A DNA stretch of 53,314 nucleotides, the filler included, from Limisphaerales bacterium (GTDB lineage: Bacteria; Verrucomicrobiota; Verrucomicrobiia; Limisphaerales; SIBE01): NCBI GenBank assembly GCA_044225505.1. It is 2 parts of 2 records of this genome, joined end to end, with 100 filler letters (N's around TTAATTAATTAA, not from the genome) between each part and the next. Parts side by side here need not be neighbours in the genome. Positions count along the whole stretch, not along the records: positions 1 to 26,753 come from JBGAIN010000118.1; 1 more part is not named here. One strand, given 5' to 3'. Below are positions 8,806 to 17,470 of this stretch, one piece after another. The stretch's first letter is position 1, and every line of letters begins with the position of its first letter. The position numbers and the translations under genes are program-made. The notes beneath the pieces were generated by a model, which worked only from the letters and a program-made list of their open reading frames with translations, was not told where the DNA came from and ran no database searches.

Positions 8806-9471
8806 GTGGGTGTGACTGTGAATCTTGCGAAAACCTTGGCCGTTCTTTGCGCCTTCGTCTTCTTTGAAGGGCGTTGCCACGCTGCCATCCTGAACGCCAA
8901 GCCGCCGGAACAAGGCCTACAGATTGCCTATGGCCACCTTAAGAAATCAGCTTCCGACTTTCTCGAAATGCCGTTGAAGGAACTGCGCCTGGCCGACCCG
9001 CGTCGATCTTACCTGATTGGAGCGGACGAAATCGCCAATGGCCAGTTGCTTTCAGGCGCTCGACAGTTTTCGTGGCAATACCTTGTTTTGCAGAGAGAAA
9101 AGCCAGTTGCAGAGATCCATTTGAATGCCAACGAAAGAGCGGGTCCGTTGCTCAAAGTGATGAGGGTCTCTCGAGGACCTCTTGTGGATGCCTTTTCCGA
9201 GGCCTCGGAACAGGCCGCGGAGCTGCCACAGGTCAAGGTGGCGAATTACGAGCTACGACTCTTGAACGCACCGTCGGTACATTTCTACGCAATCTGGCTG
9301 CATCGGGCGTCGGACGACATTCTGATTCCTTTAAACCCTTCCGGGCTGCTACCGAAAGAACTCGTGCGCAACCGCGCTTACTCTGAACCAGAAGTCCTCA
9401 AGGTGCTAACGCCGATCGCGGAAGAAACCATCCGGACCTTCCGAAAAGCAGCGCCGAATGCGGTGGGCTGA
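8806..9471 (+). CDS. Secreted hypothetical protein
   Basis: Signal peptide (LAVLCAFVFF..CHA); conserved-looking WQYLV and ELRLLNAPSVHFYAIWLH..DILIPL segments. Confidence 0.7.
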   Translation: MGVTVNLAKTLAVLCAFVFFEGRCHAAILNAKPPEQGLQIAYGHLKKSASDFLEMPLKELRLADPRRSYLIGADEIANGQLLSGARQFSWQYLVLQREKPVAEIHLNANERAGPLLKVMRVSRGPLVDAFSEASEQAAELPQVKVANYELRLLNAPSVHFYAIWLHRASDDILIPLNPSGLLPKELVRNRAYSEPEVLKVLTPIAEETIRTFRKAAPNAVG

Positions 9472-9549
9472 ATCTCAAAGTCTGCTTCCGGGCATACTGC
9501 GACCACGAGCACCGTGGACCGAGACAATAGAAGCAGAACTTGACATGGG

Positions 9550-10047
9550 TTAGGTCGGTTCTTCTGTCGAGGCACCCTCGGACAACAATTGTTCCGGGAA
9601 GCCCAGTTGCCGGAGCGCTTCATACAAAACCACCGCGACGCAATTGGACAAGTTCAGCGAGCGCGCGTCCGAGTGAAACATCGGGATTCGGATCCATTGG
9701 TCACGATGCTGCACCAGCAGCGCCTGCGGCAGGCCAGCGGTCTCGCGCCCGAAAACCAGGTAGTCGTCGCGGTCGTAAGTCACCTGGGCGTAATGCCGGC
9801 TTCCGTTCGATTCCACAAACCAGAGGCGAGCGGCGGGTGGGAGTTGGATTTGGAATTCGGCCCAGTTGGCCCAGCGATGCCAGCGGACATGCTGCCAATA
9901 ATCCATTCCCGCTCGCTTCAAGGTTTTGTCGTCCAGCTTGAATCCGAACGGTTCGATGAGATGTAACGTGGATCGTGTTGCCGCACAAAGTCGCGCCACG
10001 TTGCCCGTGTTCGGGGGAATTTCCGGCTCGAAAAGTACAACGTTCAT
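9550..10047 (-). CDS. trmL: tRNA (cytidine/uridine-34 2'-O)-methyltransferase
   Basis: PEIPPNTGN, KRAGMDYW, FGRETAGLP and RSLNLSN SPOUT motifs. Confidence 0.95.
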   Translation of the reverse strand: MNVVLFEPEIPPNTGNVARLCAATRSTLHLIEPFGFKLDDKTLKRAGMDYWQHVRWHRWANWAEFQIQLPPAARLWFVESNGSRHYAQVTYDRDDYLVFGRETAGLPQALLVQHRDQWIRIPMFHSDARSLNLSNCVAVVLYEALRQLGFPEQLLSEGASTEEPT

Positions 10048-10892
10048 TCAAGGTCGGCGGCGAGTTCCGTGGACGGAGTGGCTGGCGCGGCGCGTCCTCG
10101 GGCCGACGCGCGGCCGTAAAAGACTTTCCAGAGCACCAGGCCGTGGGCTGGTGCGGTCATGCCAGCCAGGCGTCGGTCTTTGCTCTCGAGCATTTGCAGC
10201 ACCGAATCGGGCGAGAACTTGCCCAGCCCAACCTGGGAGAGAGTTCCGACAATCCCGCGACACATGCGGTAAAGAAATCCGTCCCCCTCGATAATAAAGG
10301 TGAAGAGCGCGCCTTGTTTGCGAATGTCGAGGCGAGTCAAATGCCGGACGGTGCTCTTCAGCTTGTACTCGCGGGTGGCGGCGAAACAGGCGAAATCGTG
10401 GCGGCCGATCAGATGGTGCGCGGCTTGCCTCATCGCGGAGAGCTGAAGCGGCTTGGGGAGGTGCCACGCTTGGGTGCGGAGCAGGGGATTATGCGCGGCG
10501 TGGTTCCATAGAAAATAGCGATACTGCTTGCCCTTGGCATCGAATCGAGCGTGGAAGCGCGCTGAGCATCGCTGAGCGTTGAGGATTCGAATATCCTCGG
10601 GAAGATGTGCGTTCAGGGCCAAGGCCAGTTTGCTCGGAGGGATTTGGCGGTCGTTAGCAGAAAACTCGAGGTGCGCGACCATGCCGAGAGCGTGCACGCC
10701 TGTGTCTGTTCGGCTGGAACTGTGCAATCTGGGATGGGAAAGAAAAAGCTTGGAGAGCGCTTCTTCGATAATCTGCTGGACGCCCGTGCCAATCTTCTGG
10801 GCTTGCCAGCCTTCGTAGGCAGTTCCGTCGTAGGCGATTGTTAATTTAATCTTCGTCCCAGCCACGGAAGAACTTTCTGCGACATCAAGCAT
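10044..10892 (-). CDS. truA: tRNA pseudouridine(38-40) synthase
   Basis: AYDGTAYEGWQ, SRTDTGVHA, FHARF, GFLYRMCR, TAPAHGL. Confidence 0.95.
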   Translation of the reverse strand: MLDVAESSSVAGTKIKLTIAYDGTAYEGWQAQKIGTGVQQIIEEALSKLFLSHPRLHSSSRTDTGVHALGMVAHLEFSANDRQIPPSKLALALNAHLPEDIRILNAQRCSARFHARFDAKGKQYRYFLWNHAAHNPLLRTQAWHLPKPLQLSAMRQAAHHLIGRHDFACFAATREYKLKSTVRHLTRLDIRKQGALFTFIIEGDGFLYRMCRGIVGTLSQVGLGKFSPDSVLQMLESKDRRLAGMTAPAHGLVLWKVFYGRASARGRAAPATPSTELAADLE

Positions 10893-10955
10893 CTAGCCAA
10901 TGCAAAAAATCGAAGTTCCCCCGGGGACGAGGTGGAGGCTGAACGTCGTGGATCG

Positions 10956-11696
10956 TTACGGTCGTTTCGTTTGGGAGGCAAGCGCTCCTAGGAAATCCAT
11001 GAACCACTGCTCCGGAGGTGCGGTGAAGGCCAGGCATTCCCCTCGCCAGGGGAATTTCACGACTCCCGCGTGCAACGCGTGATGGGGCAGGATCAGGCGA
11101 GCCCAGTCAGCGGCAGAGAGCCGCCCTTCCACAAAGGCGAGGTAGAGCTGTTCGTCCGGACCATATATCTTGTCGCCGACGAGCGGATGCCCCCGCCACG
11201 CCAGGTGGATGCGAATCTGGTGTTTGCGGCCGGTTTGCGGCCGCACTTCCAACCAGGAGAAATCGACGCCGTCGCGAGAGAAGTGGCCCAACACGGAGTA
11301 TTCGGTGACAGCGGAAAGGCCGCTGGATTGCACGCAGTCTTTGATAGCGACGGCACTCGTTAAGTCTTTGCCGAGGGCGGCGGCAATCGAACCGTGAGCC
11401 GGGGCGACCGTGCCATGGGTGATGGCCCAATAGACTTTTTCGACGAGACGCGTTTCCCAGCAACGTCGCAACTCGCGGGCGGCATCCGGATTTTTGCCGA
11501 CCACCACCAGGCCACTCGTTTCGCGATCGAGACGATTGATGAGTTGAGGGGCTCCGTTTGCTCCCAGGTAAAGGCGCGTCCGGCTAATGAGGCTGGAGAA
11601 GACGTCTCCCTTGGTTGGGTGACAGACCAAGCCCGCAGGCTTGTTGATGACAAGAAGATCGGTGTCCTCGAAGACAACGTCAAAAAGTGGCTGCAT
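10956..11696 (-). CDS. RluA-family pseudouridine synthase
   Basis: NKPAGL, NRLDRETSG, TGRKHQIR, GDKIYG, LHA motifs; no S4 domain. Confidence 0.92.
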   Translation of the reverse strand: MQPLFDVVFEDTDLLVINKPAGLVCHPTKGDVFSSLISRTRLYLGANGAPQLINRLDRETSGLVVVGKNPDAARELRRCWETRLVEKVYWAITHGTVAPAHGSIAAALGKDLTSAVAIKDCVQSSGLSAVTEYSVLGHFSRDGVDFSWLEVRPQTGRKHQIRIHLAWRGHPLVGDKIYGPDEQLYLAFVEGRLSAADWARLILPHHALHAGVVKFPWRGECLAFTAPPEQWFMDFLGALASQTKRP

Positions 11697-11738
11697 CGGC
11701 CTCCAGAGTTTGGTGGTGTTCCACCGCCAATCGGTTGC

Positions 11739-11766
11739 TTGTCATTCCTTGATGGGAGCGTATCAT
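11739..11766 (+). promoter_or_regulatory. Putative sigma70 promoter, leaderless configuration
   Basis: TTGTCA - 16 nt - TATCAT, with an in-frame GTG 7 nt downstream. Confidence 0.4.
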
Positions 11767-11773
11767 GCGCACC

Positions 11774-12382
11774 GTGAAAGAGAAACGAAAGGTTTGGCTG
11801 CCGGTTCTACTAATGGGGTGCTTTGCACTGACCCGTTGGCCCGGCGTCATGCCTCCGAATTTTAGCGCCGCTTATGCGCTCGCGTTTTGCGCGGGCGTAT
11901 ACTTTCCCGGTCGAATGGCGTGGTGGCTTCCGTTGAGCACGCTCGTGGCCACCGACGTTTTAATGAATGTTGCTTATTATCACGTCCCGCCCTTGGACGA
12001 CCGGATGCTGGGGAATTACCTCGCTTACGGCGCGTCGATTTTCTTGGGCCAAAGGTTCAAACCCTCGGCCTCATGGCTGTTTCTGTTGACTGGCGGATTG
12101 TTAGGCGCGGTTTTGTTCTATTTTGTTACGAACACGGTCTCTTGGATGATGGACCCTGCCTATGCGAAAACGTTGGGCGGCTGGATCCAAGCTTTGACGG
12201 TAGGAACTCCTGGGTGGCCCCATACCTGGGAGTTTTTTCGGAATACACTGCTTAGCGGCGGATTGTTCACTGGATTGTTTGCCGGGGCGATGAAGTTGGG
12301 CGGAGCGGTTGAAACGGAAGAGCAGGAAGAAGAGGCAGAGGCCGAGGCGGAGGACGCGGCCGCTGAGGAAGCGAAGGCATAA
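11774..12382 (+). CDS. DUF6580-like putative transport membrane protein
   Basis: PPNFSAAYALAFCAG, FYFVTN, FFRNTLLS; multi-TM; acidic tail. Start at GTG 11774 or ATG 11765. Confidence 0.7.
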   Translation: MKEKRKVWLPVLLMGCFALTRWPGVMPPNFSAAYALAFCAGVYFPGRMAWWLPLSTLVATDVLMNVAYYHVPPLDDRMLGNYLAYGASIFLGQRFKPSASWLFLLTGGLLGAVLFYFVTNTVSWMMDPAYAKTLGGWIQALTVGTPGWPHTWEFFRNTLLSGGLFTGLFAGAMKLGGAVETEEQEEEAEAEAEDAAAEEAKA

Positions 12383-12436
12383 CGCAGGACTTTTGACCCG
12401 CTGCGTAAGTTCGTCGCTGCGGTTTGGTTTCCATAC

Positions 12437-12901
12437 ATGAAACGCATCGGCATCATTTCCGACACCCACGGCCATTTGGACCCGAAGATCCCCGAACTGT
12501 TTAAGGGGGTCGACCTGATCTTTCACGCCGGCGATATCGGCTTACCTTGGTTGATCCTGGAATTGGAGGATATTGCTCCGGTGACGGCCGTCTCCGGGAA
12601 CACCGATGAGGGACTAGAGTACAAAGATACGGAATTGGTCCAAGTCGATGGCCGGAAGTTTCTGGTGCACCACGTGGTGGACGTCCATTCGCCGGAAGAT
12701 AAGGTCAAACGCCGGATCATTCGCGAGAACCCAGATGTCGTCGTTTTCGGTCATACGCATAAACGATTTTGCGAGACCATCGGCCAGACCCTTTATTTCA
12801 ACCCGGGTTACGCTGGCAAACCGCGCCTGAATCAACCTCGGAGCGTGGCGATCTTGACGTGTGACGAGACCGGGATGACCGCGGATTACTTCGAGCTCTA
12901 A
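12437..12901 (+). CDS. YfcE-type metallophosphoesterase
   Basis: SDTH, HAGD, GNTD, FGHTH, NPG motifs. Confidence 0.92.
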   Translation: MKRIGIISDTHGHLDPKIPELFKGVDLIFHAGDIGLPWLILELEDIAPVTAVSGNTDEGLEYKDTELVQVDGRKFLVHHVVDVHSPEDKVKRRIIRENPDVVVFGHTHKRFCETIGQTLYFNPGYAGKPRLNQPRSVAILTCDETGMTADYFEL

Positions 12902-12946
12902 TCGTCCGAAGCCGCGCCGAGCGATGCTCAACGGGGTGGCGACGGG

Positions 12947-12975
12947 TTGTCTAAGCTTGGGATTCCGAGTAGCTT
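12947..12975 (+). promoter_or_regulatory. Putative sigma70 promoter, leaderless configuration
   Basis: TTGTCT - 17 nt - TAGCTT, 5 nt before ATG 12981; no SD. Confidence 0.4.
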
Positions 12976-12980
12976 AGAGC

Positions 12981-13925
12981 ATGATTGCGCTGCTGGCAAA
13001 ACCGCTCGACTGGTGGGTCATTCGTTTGGCGAGCCGGAGCACAGGTGTTTCGGAAGGAAGCCTTGAGCCGAGCCGCGCTCTCGCTCAGATCGTGCCCGAA
13101 CTGCACATCGGTCGCAAGGTAAGCCCGGCCACACCTGTTCTGAATTTCACGGCGGACGATGCTTTCGAGTTCACATCGCCCGTTGAGACGCCCGCACCTT
13201 GCAATAACCGGGTGCACGGGCGCTTGTTCAAAGTGGGTCAGGATTGGCGCGATCGCCCGGTGGCAATATTGATGCACGGCTGGAATGCGGAGGTTTGCTA
13301 TCGTCATCTGTTTCCCCGGCTAGCCCGGCGGTTAAGCCGCGCTGGGCTCAACACGGTAATCTTCGAACTTCCCTACCACATGCAACGCCGGCCGAGAGTG
13401 GGCCCCATGAATGATTTCATCTCGTCGGACCTTTTTGGGATGATGGAGGCGACACGGCAGGCCATTGCCGATGCCAGATCGCTCTGCCAGTGGTGTCGCG
13501 CTCAGGGCGTCCCGGCCGTAGGACTCTGGGGCTTTTCCCTGGGGGCCTGGCTAATCGGTCTGCTCACCCGTTTAGAAGCTGAGCTCAGTTTCGCCGTGCT
13601 TACGACCCCCATTGCGCGGATCGACCGCGCGGTGGCGACCTTGGCGTTCTGCGAGCCAATTCGCCGAAGCATCGTGGCTCAGCCGGTGGACTTGCGCATC
13701 TTGAACCTGGGAACCGAGCGGCCGCTCCTCGCTCCGGAGCGCATTCTCCTAATGCAATCCAAGCATGACCAGTTTGCTCCCGCTGAAACGTTGAACGAAT
13801 TGTGGCGGGCTTGGAAGGAGCCCGCCATGTGGCAGCTTCCTCATGGACACATCAGCATCCTCGCGTCCGGTCGGATTTTTGCGCGGACCGTAGAATGGAT
13901 TTCTGGCGCGGTGCGCACGGCGTAG
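12981..13925 (+). CDS. Alpha/beta hydrolase (ABHD18/DUF2048-like)
   Basis: HGW, LPYHMQRRP, nucleophile elbow GFSLG, Asp (HDQF) and His (HGH). Confidence 0.85.
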   Translation: MIALLAKPLDWWVIRLASRSTGVSEGSLEPSRALAQIVPELHIGRKVSPATPVLNFTADDAFEFTSPVETPAPCNNRVHGRLFKVGQDWRDRPVAILMHGWNAEVCYRHLFPRLARRLSRAGLNTVIFELPYHMQRRPRVGPMNDFISSDLFGMMEATRQAIADARSLCQWCRAQGVPAVGLWGFSLGAWLIGLLTRLEAELSFAVLTTPIARIDRAVATLAFCEPIRRSIVAQPVDLRILNLGTERPLLAPERILLMQSKHDQFAPAETLNELWRAWKEPAMWQLPHGHISILASGRIFARTVEWISGAVRTA

Positions 13926-14097
13926 ACTCTCATTGTCGCGGCTGTTGGGAGCCCTTGGAGCCGCTGCAAGTGCCACCGGGTTGGACAGCTTTATCCCATC
14001 GCAAGGCAGCGCCGTCTTTTTTGTAAAGCGCTCGAATGAGAGCCTGGGAGCGTCTGATCCCTTTCGTATTGTCCCATCGTCTCAGTTTACAGAAAAC

Positions 14098-14118
14098 CTT
14101 GTCTTTAATTAAGACAAG
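14098..14118. promoter_or_regulatory. Operator-like inverted repeat upstream of pilM
   Basis: CTTGTCTT-TAATT-AAGACAAG, perfect 8-bp arms in the AT-rich promoter region. Confidence 0.4.
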
Positions 14119-14209
14119 CAATGTGGGAAAGGGCCGCGACGGCCGCTGGAAGATTCGCGGAGAGGGGCGTTTTTGCCGCTAGGCATGGAAAATGATACCA
14201 GCTGCATGA

Positions 14210-15274
14210 ATGGCGTTATTCACTCAAACCGCTTCTAGCAAGAAGCGAATGCACATTGTGGCGATCGACATGGGCACTCGGACCACAAAGGCCGTCGCGC
14301 TCCAACGCCGTGGAACAGGGTTCGATCTGGTTCGATACACCATCCTGGACGCCCCGATTTACGAGAAGAGCATTTCGCCGGAATTGATTGGTGAACACCT
14401 CAAGACCGTGACGGAAGCGGTCGGTGCCAAAACCAAGCAAGTGAGTGTGGTGGTTGGTGTCAATGATTCATTGCTGCGTCACGCGGAAATGCCGCTCGTC
14501 CCGATCGACGACATGCGGTTGATGCTGAAGTTCAACAGCAAGAACTATCTCCAACAAGACCTGCCCGATCACGTTTTCGATTGTTATATCCTGCCGCCGC
14601 GCGCTGGGACGAAGCCTGCCGAAGCGATGAAGGCGAACCAAAAGTGCCGCGTGCTGGTGGGAGGCGCGAAGAAGCAGTTCATGGACAACCTGCAGTCGGC
14701 TTTGAAGGCGGCGGGTTTGGTTCCGGATCAAGTCGCGCCGAGTTTGATGGCGGCGGTGAATGCCTTCGAGTTGGCGCAACCAGAGACTTTTGCCAAGGAG
14801 GTCATAGCCTTGGTCGACATAGGATTTAAGAACTCCAGCATCAATATTTTGCTGGAGGGCGAGCTGATGTTAAGCCGCGTGGTTGCAATCGGCGGCGACA
14901 GGATTACGGCTGGCTTGGCCGAAGCCCTGAATATCAGTTACGCCGAAGCCGAAGGAATCAAGGTTGGGATGCCTGACCAAGTGCAATCAACCATGCTCCC
15001 CCTGCTGACACCGCTCGGCCGCGAGCTGCGAGCGTCCATCGATTTCTTCGAACATCAACAGGACAAGCCCGTCAGCCAGGTTTACATCTCTGGAGGATCT
15101 GCCCGATCGCAGTTCATCATCGAGACGCTGCAAAGTGAATTGATGGTGCCTTGCCAAGGCTGGAATCCACTTAGTTTCCTCAACGTGGCGCTTTCGCCGG
15201 ACCAACGGGGAGAGTTTGAGCAAGTCGCGCCGCAACTGGCCGTCGCTACCGGCGGGGCTGTGGCCGCATTCTAG
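14210..15274 (+). CDS. pilM: Type IV pilus assembly protein PilM (actin-like)
   Basis: AIDMGTRTTK, LVDIG, IGGDRITAGLA, ELRASIDFF, YISGGSA, PQLAVATG. Confidence 0.9.
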   Translation: MALFTQTASSKKRMHIVAIDMGTRTTKAVALQRRGTGFDLVRYTILDAPIYEKSISPELIGEHLKTVTEAVGAKTKQVSVVVGVNDSLLRHAEMPLVPIDDMRLMLKFNSKNYLQQDLPDHVFDCYILPPRAGTKPAEAMKANQKCRVLVGGAKKQFMDNLQSALKAAGLVPDQVAPSLMAAVNAFELAQPETFAKEVIALVDIGFKNSSINILLEGELMLSRVVAIGGDRITAGLAEALNISYAEAEGIKVGMPDQVQSTMLPLLTPLGRELRASIDFFEHQQDKPVSQVYISGGSARSQFIIETLQSELMVPCQGWNPLSFLNVALSPDQRGEFEQVAPQLAVATGGAVAAF

Positions 15275-15281
15275 CAAGAGT

Positions 15282-16169
15282 ATGCCTATTCGGATCAACT
15301 TACTGGCGGAACAACAAGCAGCGGAAGAGGCGCGTCGGCGGGACCCTGTCAAACGCGCGATCTGGGCCGGCGCCGCCCTGGCCGCTATGATGATTCTGTG
15401 GGCTGTCCTGCTGCAACTTCGACTCGCTTCCGCGCGTGCCGAATTGAGCCGCTACAGCAACCAGTTACAGGCCGTTGAAGAGAATTCCAAAGAGGCTCGG
15501 CTCAAATCGAATTCGGCCGGGCAGCTCGAGAGCCGCATTACCAATTTACAGCGGTACAGCACGAACCGCTTCTTCTGCGCGACCGCCCTGGACGCTATTC
15601 AGCAGGTCATGTCTGAGGACATTCGAGTGGTGCAGTTTCAAACGGTCCACTCTTACAGCACGAATTCCGAAAGTACTTACAAGACGAACATCGCCTTCCC
15701 AATTCAGAAAGTCCGAGCGTGGCAGTTCTGGAAGGGGCGATCGTCGCAACCGAATGTGCTCACGCTCGTTTCGAACCAGTTGGCGGTGATTACGAACAAA
15801 GTCGAGGCGCTCAAGGGGAGTGCGCTTCCGTTGATCACTCGCATCGAAGTCACCACCAACGGCAGCGTGGCCAACGCCAAGATCGAAGTCACCAAACCCG
15901 TCGCAGCGGTGGAACGTGTCCAGCTGACCATCAAAGCTCGGGACTATGCCAATCCTCCGGGCAAGCGCGTCGATGAATTCTCCAAAGCGATTGCCGCGCA
16001 TCCTTACTTCAACCAACGCCTGGTCCAAGCGGAGGGCGAGGGAATCCGACTCAGGGAGCGGGCGATTCAACCGGAGTTTGACCCGGGTGATTCGGTCTCA
16101 GCTTCGAAACCATTCGTTCCGTTCGTGATCGAGTGCCGGTACCGCGAAACTCTACGTGCCAATGAATAA
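15282..16169 (+). CDS. pilN: PilN-like protein, longer than usual
   Basis: N-terminal PilM-binding motif IRINLL, single TM, coiled coil; directly after pilM. Confidence 0.75.
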   Translation: MPIRINLLAEQQAAEEARRRDPVKRAIWAGAALAAMMILWAVLLQLRLASARAELSRYSNQLQAVEENSKEARLKSNSAGQLESRITNLQRYSTNRFFCATALDAIQQVMSEDIRVVQFQTVHSYSTNSESTYKTNIAFPIQKVRAWQFWKGRSSQPNVLTLVSNQLAVITNKVEALKGSALPLITRIEVTTNGSVANAKIEVTKPVAAVERVQLTIKARDYANPPGKRVDEFSKAIAAHPYFNQRLVQAEGEGIRLRERAIQPEFDPGDSVSASKPFVPFVIECRYRETLRANE

Positions 16170-16793
16170 GTTGCCCAAGGAAAAACGCGACAAACTGCTG
16201 CTGGTGGCCCTGGGGTTCTAGCGGCAATTTATCTGCTGGTCATTAGCGCCCAACAAGAGTCGTTGCAGGAATGCGCCGACAAGACTGAGGCCGCGAAGGA
16301 ACAACTCAACAAGGCTGAGCGTTGGTTGCGCATGGCGCCGACGATTGAAACTCGCCTGAGTGCTTACCGCAAGGAACTCGAAGCGAGGCAGGAGAACATG
16401 GCGCCGGTCGACAAGTTTAAGTGGTTTTACAATACCATGGAACGGTTTCTCGCCCAACACCAAGTAAAGCTCGTCGATATCACGCGCGAACCAGAGGTAG
16501 GCGACGCCGGGGTTCTCCCCAAATTTCCTTATCAAGCTGCCACTTTCGGAGTGAAGCTCAACGCTTACTTCCAGGATTTTGGCTCTTTCCTCGCGGAATT
16601 CGAAAATCAGTTTCCATTCATGCGGGTGCAAAATCTGGAACTGGAATCGGAAGTCGGCGGTCGCCTGGGAGTTACGGAGACGATCGACCAGGAGCGCAAG
16701 CCAGCGCCTGGCGAAGCTCGAACGCAGGCGTCTGAACGGCTTGCGATCACCATGCGAGTGGTCACCTTGGTCAAGCCCAACGGAATCCTTTAA
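16162..16793 (+). pseudogene. pilO: PilO-like protein, frameshifted near 16215
   Basis: MNKLPKEKRDKLLLVALG continues in another frame as VLAAIYLLVISAQQ...AYFQDFGSFLAEFENQFPFMRV (PilO/GspM-type motif). Probably an assembly error. Confidence 0.7.
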
Positions 16794-16800
16794 ACGCGTT

Positions 16801-17400
16801 ATGAAGCCTGTTCTCGCAAAGGTTGCAACTCTCAGAGGCGTCAGTTTGGGAATGATCAAGTCTCTTCACTCCGGGATGTGGATTACGGCCCTCGGCGCGG
16901 TCTTATTGGCCACGGGTTGCGGTTCCCCTCCAGCGCCAGGCAATGCCGCGGGCAACTCTCCCGCAGCACCCAAGGCTCCTGCGACCAGCGGAAGCCTGGC
17001 AACCGATGCCAAAGCGGCGGCCAATGTCCAAGCAGCTGTTCCCCGAGCGGTCTTTCACACGGGACCTCAAGCGGGACGTGATCCCTTCTTTCCTAACTCC
17101 ACGCGTGGAATGGCAAAGGCCACGCCGGAGAGCGCGCCCGTTCCGCAGGTACCGCTGGTCAGTCACATCAAACTTTTTGGGATCAGGCCTGGGACCGATC
17201 GTCCGATGGCCTTGATCAACCGGACACCCTTCGCTCCGGGGGAAGAGGGAGACGTGACCGTTGTCATTGGCAGTGAGTCGAACCGGCCTGAGATTCAGAA
17301 AGTCAATATTCGCTGCCTCGAGATTCGCCGCGACTCAGTCTTGATCAGCATCGCTGGAGAAGTCGGGGTGAAGGAACTGCGCATGGCCCAGGCGAAATGA
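16801..17400 (+). CDS. PilP/GspC-like lipoprotein
   Basis: Lipobox LATGC, Pro/Ala linker, GRDPFFP motif, beta domain (ALINR). Sits between pilO and the secretin. Start at 16801 or 16852. Confidence 0.7.
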   Translation: MKPVLAKVATLRGVSLGMIKSLHSGMWITALGAVLLATGCGSPPAPGNAAGNSPAAPKAPATSGSLATDAKAAANVQAAVPRAVFHTGPQAGRDPFFPNSTRGMAKATPESAPVPQVPLVSHIKLFGIRPGTDRPMALINRTPFAPGEEGDVTVVIGSESNRPEIQKVNIRCLEIRRDSVLISIAGEVGVKELRMAQAK

Positions 17401-17470
17401 GTCGCAAACGCGCAGGATGTGCCCACTCACCGCTGAAACTATCTCCGCTTAATTTTATCGGGTCAGAATT

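Noticed and set aside
11697..11773. Possible cobalamin riboswitch before the DUF6580-like gene
   Set aside because: The spacer is under 80 bp and has no B12-box.
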